A stretch of 64,000 nucleotides of DNA from the human T2T-CHM13v2.0 reference genome, Homo sapiens. Position 1 is the first letter of the stretch. Every line of letters begins with the position of its first letter. Position numbers and translations under genes: made by a program. The stretch lies in NCBI RefSeq assembly GCF_009914755.1, contig NC_060941.1. The stretch is one strand, 5' to 3'. Shown piece after piece: positions 47,239 to 64,000 of the stretch. The notes beneath the pieces are model-generated. The model saw only the letters and a program-made list of their open reading frames with translations, did not search any database and had not been told where the DNA came from.

Positions 47239-47754
47239 TAGCTTGGACTACAGGCGCCTGCCACCTCGCCCGGCTAATTTTTTGTATTTTTAGTAGAGAC
47301 AGGGTTTCACTGTGTTAGCCAGGATGGTCTCGATCTCCTGACCTCGTGATCCGCCCGCCTCGGCCTCCCAAAGTGCTGGGATTACAGGCGTGAGCCACCG
47401 CGCCTGGCCGACCAGCTAATTTTTTGTGTTTTTAGTAGAGACAGGGTTTCTCCAGTTGGTCAGGCTGGTCTCGAACTCCCAACCTCAGGTGATCCACGTG
47501 CCTCGGCCTCCCGAAGTGCATGAGCCACCGCACCCGGCCAAATTCACGTTTTCTAACCTGCTTGCCTACAACCTGGGATTTGAAGAAAGTTTTCCAACTT
47601 TTGGGAGACTTCAACTCATCCTTCAACTTCTGGGAGACTATATGTTTGAGTAAGGCACTGTTACGAATCACAAGAAAAGGAGAAACTTAATTCCCCGGTT
47701 TCCCGAGTGTTTATGAACTAATTATCATTGTTATTATTGCTTTATTTAATTTAA

Positions 47755-48326
<572 letters not shown>

Positions 48327-48454
48327 TGAGCCCCCATACCCGGCTAATTATTATTATTATTTTTAGAGATGGGGGTCTCGCTATGTTGCCCAGTCTGGGC
48401 TCAAACTCTTCTGCTCAACCAATCCTCTCGCCTGGGCCTCCCAAGTACCTGGGA

Positions 48455-49150
48455 CTACAAGATGGCGCCACCGCGCCCGGCATTAGCTTACTATGTAAAA
48501 GCCCTACCAGACTCACGTGGCCGGGGGTCAGTTTATTCTCATCTCTTGAAGCCATGCGCTTCACCTGGGCCGACTGGGAGACAGTCCTGGCAAAGCCTCT
48601 GAAAACAGCCAGCCCCTAAGGAGCGGTTCTGTTGGGGGAAGGGAGCCTCAAGGCTAACGAAGGAGCTCCCACCCTACCCTTCAACTTCAGAGGGAGAAAA
48701 GAACCCTTCCCTGAAAGGGCGAGACTACTGGGTCCTCTTGGGGGACGCTGGAGATCCTCCCGACCAGAGCTGGAGGAAGCTGAGAGGCTCTGCGGGGTGC
48801 GGGGAGGGAAACTGAGCCGAGGCCGGGTAGAGGGCGGGCGTGGGGCGAGCCAGAGACTTCTCAAGAAGCCCAGAGGATTCTGGGGACTGGAAAGCGGCCG
48901 AGTTCTTTAAAAAAAAAGAGAGAGAGAGAGAAGAAAACAAAATCTCTCGTCTGAGCATGACTCTTGGCGGTGGTGCTTTCGCCAGCGCGTCTGCAGCGGT
49001 TCCCAGAGAAAGCCCGCCAGGCAGGGACAGACTGACAGACCGACGGAAAGGTCTTCCCAGCGAAGACTTGGAACGCCCCAGGGGGTGGGGGAGGCTGCAC
49101 CGCCTCTTCAGTAATTGGTTTGGAGACAATTGGCCATCCATACGGAAAAG
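48455..49150. promoter_or_regulatory. Orphan GC/CpG-rich promoter- or enhancer-like island
   Basis: YY1-type CAAGATGGCGCC 48458; E-box CACGTG 48514; GC boxes and G4 48825-48845; ATTGG ~49114; no attached coding exon seen. Confidence 0.6.
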
Positions 49151-49776
49151 ATAAAGTAGATCCTATCTGACGGCAGGCCTCCAAATAAATTCCAGATGAA
49201 CTAGAGACCTACAGGGAACAAGCAACGCTATTACAGAGCTTTGGGAAGAAAACGGAAAGATAGCTGTATGACACTGGGATAGGGGATGTTTTCTCTAACA
49301 AAGTATAAAACGTGCAAAACATAAAGGAAAAGATGGTATGGACCGGGCGCAGGGACTCACGCCTGTAACCCCAGCACTTTGGGCGGCGGAGGAGGGAGGA
49401 CCGCTTGAGCCCGGGAGTTTTTGTTTTTGTTTTTGTTTTCTTGAGACAAGGCATCTTGCTCTTGCCCAGGCTGGAGTGCAGTGGCAGCGGGATCTCTGCT
49501 CACTGCAACCTCCGCCTCCCAAGGAGCTGGGTGGGGCTAAAGGCACCACCACCACACTTGGCTAATTAAAACAATTTTTTTTGCAGAGATGAGGTCTCAC
49601 TATACTGCCCAGGCTGGTCTCAAACTCCTGGCCTCAAACGATTCTCCCGCCTCGGCCTCCCAAAGTGCTGGGATTACAGGCTGTTCCACTGTGCCCAGGA
49701 AGCCCAGGAGTCCGAGATGAGCCTGGGCAACACAGCGAGACTCCCATCTCTATTTTTTTTTTTAAAGATGGTATGG

Positions 49777-50799
<1,023 letters not shown>

Positions 50800-51550
50800 A
50801 TTGGTGTCAGTGAAGTGGGATTTGCAGGAATGGCCCTGACTCACATAAACATGTGGTTTGGGAAGAAAAAGGATAAAAGGGTGGAGGAAGAGGTCGTCAA
50901 TTCCTGGGTGACCACGTGGTCACCATGGTGTGAAGCCACAACTCTGTTGAGATCAGTTACTAAAGGTAAAACTTACTAGTGGAATTTAGAGATGGATCCA
51001 ACTCCCAGGAATTGGTTCATTGAATGCATAAGGAAATGCAAACTAATAAGAAAAATGTGAAATATTCAGCCCCCTGATTATTGTTATCTATAATGGCTAA
51101 AATGAAAGTAAAAGAGGGTGCTGGGTTAGGAATTGAGGCTGGACCAAGCACAGATGTGGGTCTGGCTGAGCTCAGGCCACTAGCCTCGGAGTCACCCACA
51201 AAGGAGGAAATTATGCAGGGACAACAGAAAGTACCTCTGAGACCTGTGGTTACCAAGAAGGTAGTCAATGTGAAGGAACCAAGTAATTATCGAAACCAGA
51301 CAGTAGAGTGTGGAGGAATTGTTCCATTTCATAGATCAGTATCATCAGCTTCCTGAGGAACATTTACTAAAATGGATTCTGAGAGTGACTAATTTAGGGG
51401 CAGTATGCAGAGTGGAAGAGCATGTTTGGGTTGATGCAGGACTCACAGTTCACCATTCTAGTCACAGTTGGGTATATATGATTCAGACACACAGGAGATT
51501 ATTCCTGAGGGAACAGCCAGCCTGGTGGAATGTAGAAAAGTCACTGTAAA
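50800..51550 (+). mobile_element. ERVL-type internal remnant with degenerate tRNA-Leu primer-binding site
   Basis: TGGTGTCAG(tg)AAGTGGGAT at 50802-50821, 2 nt after the LTR end; complementary to the tRNA-Leu 3' end. Confidence 0.7.
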
Positions 51551-51880
51551 GGTCGGGCATGGTGGCTCACACCTGTAATCCCAGCACTTTGGGAGGCCGA
51601 GGCGCGTGGATCACCTGAGGTCAGGAGTTCAAGACCAGCCGGGCCAACATGGTGAAACCCTGTCTCTACTAAAAATACAAAAGTTAGCCGGGCGTGGTGG
51701 CTCATGCCTGTAATCCCAGCTACTCAAGAGGCCAAGGCAAGAGAATCACTTGAACCCGGGAAGTGGAGGTTGCAGTGAGCCAAAATCATGCCAGTGCACT
51801 CCAGCCTGGGCAACAGAAAGAGACTCTGTCTCAAAAAAAAAATTAGCTGGCATGGTGGCATGTGCCTGTGGTCCCAGTTA

Positions 51881-52204
<324 letters not shown>

Positions 52205-52340
52205 CTACGTCTCAAAAAAAAAAAAAAAAAAAAAAAGGCTGGGCGTGGTGGCTCACGCCTGTAATCCCACAGCACTTTGGGAGGCCAAGGCAGGTGGATC
52301 ACATGAGGTCGACCAACATGGAGAAACCCCGTCTCTACTA

Positions 52341-52553
<213 letters not shown>

Positions 52554-52844
52554 TCATGCCTGTAACCCAGCACTTTGGGAGGCTGAGGCAGGTGGATTAC
52601 CTGAGCTCAGGGGTTCGAGACCAGTCCGGGCAACATGACAAAACCCCTGTCTCTACTGAAAATACAAAAAAATTAGCCGGGTGTGGTGGTGCACACCTGT
52701 AATCTCAGCTACTAGGGAGGCTGAGCCAGGAGAATCGCTTGAACCTGAGAGAGGCAGAGGTTGTAGTGAGCCGAGATCATGCCACTGCACTCCAACCTGG
52801 GCAACAGAGTGAGACTTTGTCTCAAAAAAAAAAAAAAATCTTAA

Positions 52845-53234
52845 GTGGCATTTACAGTGTTTGTGATTCTAGATCAGGCTACGTTTCATTCCATAAAATA
52901 AATAGAATGAGTGTTCAGATGAGTCAAGCACAGGTTAGTTTTTATGGACAAAAAAGGGTAGAGAAAAATAGAAACAGAAGGAAAAAAAGCAGATGGGTCC
53001 TTTCAAAGTTACTTTTCTTGTAAAAGGACTTCCGTATCATGCCGGCTCACACTGGCTTGTTTGGGGTTTTGGCTCTTCCTTCCCTCTCCTGATTCCTCTG
53101 AAGGTTTGATAAACAACTTAGTGTTGCTTAGTGACATAGAACTTTAGCGTGAGTGACTCCATTTTGGTTTGGTCTGTTGAGCCAAGCACAGGAGCTCAGT
53201 GCAAATCAATGGCCTCCTATAAAATTTATTTAAC
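52845..53234 (-). mobile_element. MER34/MER39-like LTR
   Basis: Minus strand begins gttaaataaattttataggaggccattg...accaaaccaaaatggagtcactc. Confidence 0.7.
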
Positions 53235-54160
53235 TGAACCCTTGTGCATTGCTGGTGGGAATTTAAAATGGTGCAGCTACCATGGAAAATCGTATGGCGA
53301 TTCCTCAGAACATTAAACACAATTACCATATGATCCAGCAATTCTACCTCTGGGTGTATATCCAAAATAATTGAAAGCAGGGACTCGAACAGATATTTGT
53401 ACACTCACATTCAAAGCAGCAACATTCACAATAGCCAAAAGGTGGAAGCAACCCAAATGTCCATGGAGGGATGAATGGTTATGCAAAATGTGGTACATCT
53501 ATACAATGGAATATTATTCAGTTGTAAAAAGGAAGGAAATTCTGACACATGCTACGAAATGGAAGGATCTTGAAGATATTATGTTAAGTGAAAGAAGCCA
53601 GACCCAAAAAGACAAATACTGTATAATTCCACTCATATCAGGTGCCTAGAGTAGTCAAGGGGAAGTTACTGTTTAATCGCGATAGAGTTTCAGTTTGGGA
53701 AGATAAGAAAGTTCTAGAAAAGAATGGTGGTGGTGGTTACAGAACAATGTGAGTGTACTTGGTGCCACAGAACTGTATGCAGTACTTACAAATGGTTACA
53801 ATGGTAAATTTAGGCCAGGAGTGGTGGCTCATGCCTGTAATCCCAGCATTTTGGGAGGCCAAGGCAGGAGGATTGATTGAGGCCAGTAGTTTAAGACCAT
53901 CTTGGGCAACACGGTGAGATCCCCATCTCTATAAAAATACATTTTAAAAATTTAAAAATTAGCTGGGCGTGGTAGCACACGCCTGTAGTCCCAGCTACTC
54001 GGGAGACTGAAGTGGGAGGATCACTTAAGCCAGAAGTTCAAGGCTACAGTGAGCTATGATCGCGCCACTGCACTCCAGCCTGGGCGACAGAGCGAGACCC
54101 TTCTAAAAAATAAAAAGGTAACATACATGTGTATGTATTGTAACACCATTAAAAAACAGA
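53235..54160 (+). mobile_element. Old L1 (L1M) ORF2 3' end and 3'UTR, with an Alu insertion
   Basis: Translates TIAKRWKQPKCP...KMWYIYTMEYYS...LEDIMLSERSQTQKDKY, an L1 ORF2 C-terminal/3' signature. Confidence 0.88.
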
Positions 54161-54199
54161 AATTTAAACGAAGAAAAGTTGGCTTCTAGCCCTTTGATC

Positions 54200-54640
54200 T
54201 AGCAAAGCTGACAGTGTCCTCACCTACCAATATAGGTAGATGACTCCTTACACGTGGACAAGCACATCCACCTGGCCGCTTCTCCCCTTTCCTCCCCTCC
54301 CCCGTTCCTCTCCTCCCCAACACATCCAGGTTCCGACCCTGCCACCCCCAACGAGTCTCACTGCGCAGGCGCGGAGCGGTGGGCAGGAGCGGGCGTGGCC
54401 TGACTCTGCGCCTGTGCGGAATTCCAGCTGCGACTGCTGAGGGAGAAAATGATGCCCAGGTTGGGCTCCCCGGCCCACCGGCCGAGGAGAGGCCTGCGCT
54501 GCACACGCGCAGACCGAGCATCCGCGTCAAGAGGCGAAGAGAGCGCGCGCTCCCCACGTCCTGCGCTCCTGGCTGCCGGGCATTCGTCTCAGCCGTGACT
54601 CTCGCCAGGCCGGGGCTGGCGCGCCCACGTCTGAAGAGCG
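54200..54640 (+). promoter_or_regulatory. TUBG2 CpG-rich promoter/5'UTR
   Basis: CCAAT 54227; NRF1-like TGCGCAGGCGCG 54362-54373; GC box GGGCGTGGCC 54391-54400; directly upstream of ATG. Confidence 0.8.
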
Positions 54641-61939
<7,299 letters not shown>

Positions 61940-62114
61940 TTTCCCTCCCCACTACTCCTTCTCCTTCTAGATGGTAACCACAGCCTCGACCATGCCTGCT
62001 CCCTCTGACCCAGCTTCACCTCATGGACAACCCTTCTTGGTTCATCTCCAGCCCGTGAGCTGGTCCTGCTTCCTCCCTTCCATGCCCTAACTTTTAATAT
62101 GCTTGTTCAGCTCT

Positions 62115-62128
62115 AATAAAGTAATAAA
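62115..62128 (+). terminator. TUBG2 tandem polyadenylation signals
   Basis: AATAAA at 62115-62120 and 62123-62128. Confidence 0.85.
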
Positions 62129-63264
62129 GCTTGGTTGTCAGTATAGCCAGGGCTTGATCTGTGAATACGGGGGGGTGGTGAAGGGGTCCAGTTTCTAGGC
62201 ATCTGACAGTAGGGTGGCCTTCACCTCCTCCAACGTCTTATCACTTAGTCCAAATCTTAGTGTGTTCACTGTTTCCATTGGCATCCCTCACCTTGAACTA
62301 GGCTGTTTAGTATTACTAGAGTCAGCCCTTGTCTCAAGATTACAGAGCTTTACTGAGGTTTGCTGTCTCCTCAGCGCCTAAGCTTTGCCCCAGTGAGGGT
62401 CAATGTTGCCCCAACCTCTTCCACTCAGGGCAGAGGAGGTGGGGTCTACTGAAGGAGGGCACACTACATTCTGAGCAGGCCAGGAGAGCCAAGGTTCCAG
62501 ATTCCCAGTGCCCAGGGCCATGAGAGTTCCAGGAACTCAATCCAGTTCAACCCAACCTGATAAGTAGAAACAGAATTCAAGAGTAGGGCTGAGCACATCC
62601 TGAGTTACTTTTCTGTGCCAGAGAAATTCGTGGGTTTGTTATCTGCCCCAAGCTTCTCTCCATTCTAGGCCCAAAGCATTAGGCACACCAATGATGGGCC
62701 CAGAGGTGGACAACGAGTAAGAAATGGGCAGTGCCAGATCTGATGACTCACTGCCCTCCAGCCTCAGGGATTCCAGGAGGCCATCTGTATGCCACTCAGT
62801 GGAGAAGGGAGGGTGAGTAACTGCCAGCTTCCAATGAGGCCTGTTTGCCTGCTCCACCCACAAACCTGTGGCAGCACACTGGCCAGGAGGAGGTTAAGTC
62901 TGGAAGGTCAAGGAGGGGGAGGGTGAAGCACTGTGGTGTCCAGACTTCCCCCAGAGCCTGGTAAAAGCCCAGGGTGTGGGCATCCCCAGAGGCGGGGCTC
63001 TGCGTTATGGGGTTCCAACTTGTCCCACTGAATAACACTCCCACAGGAAGGGTTTGTGTAAATAAGAAACTTTTTTTTTTTTTTGCTTCTCTTCTACAAA
63101 TAAATTAAGAAACAAACTAGAAAATTACCCACACCCATTGTAGCCCTTGGGTGTGGGATGTGCCCTGTCCCTGCAGGGCCAAAAGGGTCCATGTTTCCCT
63201 CAAATCTCAGAGCAGTCCTGGCCCAGGCTGCAGGCAGGAGGGAAGTCGTGACCTCTTGGCAGGC

Positions 63265-63441
63265 TCAGTCCTGCAGCTGCCCCAAGCAGCCAGACTGTCC
63301 CTGGGGCTCGTCCAGGCCCGGGCGCTGGCTGGGAGGGGAGGTGTCTGGCAGGTCTTGGCATGGAGGAGAAGAGCTGCTGCAGGGCCTCTCGGGGGAGGGG
63401 TTGGCCAAGTAGGCATTCACCAGCTGCATGATCTCTTCCAC
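63265..63441 (-). CDS. PLEKHH3: Last coding exon of PLEKHH3 (PH/MyTH4/FERM protein); upstream exons lie beyond the window
   Basis: Minus strand ctctcttag|[58 protein letters not shown]; FERM C-terminal-like 'I.QLV.AY' helix; known neighbour of TUBG2. Confidence 0.82.
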   Translation of the reverse strand: MEEIMQLVNAYLANPSPERPCSSSSPPCQDLPDTSPPSQRPGLDEPQGQSGCLGQLQD

Positions 63442-63615
63442 CTAAGAGAGGGCAGAGGTCAGTGTGCAACAGGGGCTGCCAGGTTCTCTTCTTTTTCTCA
63501 TCCTTTCTCCAGGCTCTAGGGCTCCAGCTTCCCCACCAGGGTCCTACGTGCTCTGGCCCTGCAACCTTTCCTTCCTTATCACCACTCTCTCCTTCATTTC
63601 TTTTTTGTTTTTTGA

Positions 63616-63723
<108 letters not shown>

Positions 63724-64000
63724 TAGCTGGGACTACAGGCGCCCGCCAACACGCCCGGCTAATTTTTTGTATTTTTAGTAGAAACAGGGTTTCACCGTGT
63801 TAGCCAAGATGGTCTCGATCTCCTGACCTCATGATCCGCCCATCTCGGCCTCCCAAAGTGCTGGGATTACAGGCGTGAGCCACCGCGGCCGGCTTCTCTC
63901 CTTCATTTCTATGTGCCAGTTATACTTGGTTCTTTCTGCTCTTCTAACATTTTTTTTTTTTGTTGTTGTTGTTGTTGTTGTTGTTGAGACGGAGTCTTGC

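Noticed and set aside
51081-51549. Short ORFs in the ERV internal region
   Set aside because: Fragmented remnants with no intact retroviral gene.

Overview
Alu-dense mammalian genomic DNA, recognisable as the human chr17q21 gamma-tubulin locus. Gene order: RETREG3/FAM134C exon 1 (minus strand), head-to-head with TUBG1 (11 coding exons, 4883-10186, 451 aa); a ~44-kb repeat-rich spacer; TUBG2 (11 coding exons, 54641-61939, 451 aa); and the last exon of PLEKHH3 (minus strand, convergent). The spacer holds many Alus, LTRs and DNA transposons, a truncated U6 retrocopy, abutting ATP5MG and HMGB3 processed pseudogenes, and an orphan GC-rich promoter-like island. The most striking observation is in TUBG2 intron 4. 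A MER21-type solo LTR inserted exactly on the exon 5 splice acceptor and duplicated CAG|GG. The ancestral acceptor copy is now dead (CTG), the working acceptor is LTR-derived, the LTR poly(A) signal is mutated, and exon 5 has a GC donor. Together these make exon 5 a candidate paralogue-specific skipping/NMD switch. TUBG1 and TUBG2 also show sharply bounded gene-conversion tracts. Almost all ORFs in the supplied track are Alu or exon-shadow artefacts. Repeat subfamily names are from memory of consensus sequences and need RepeatMasker confirmation.
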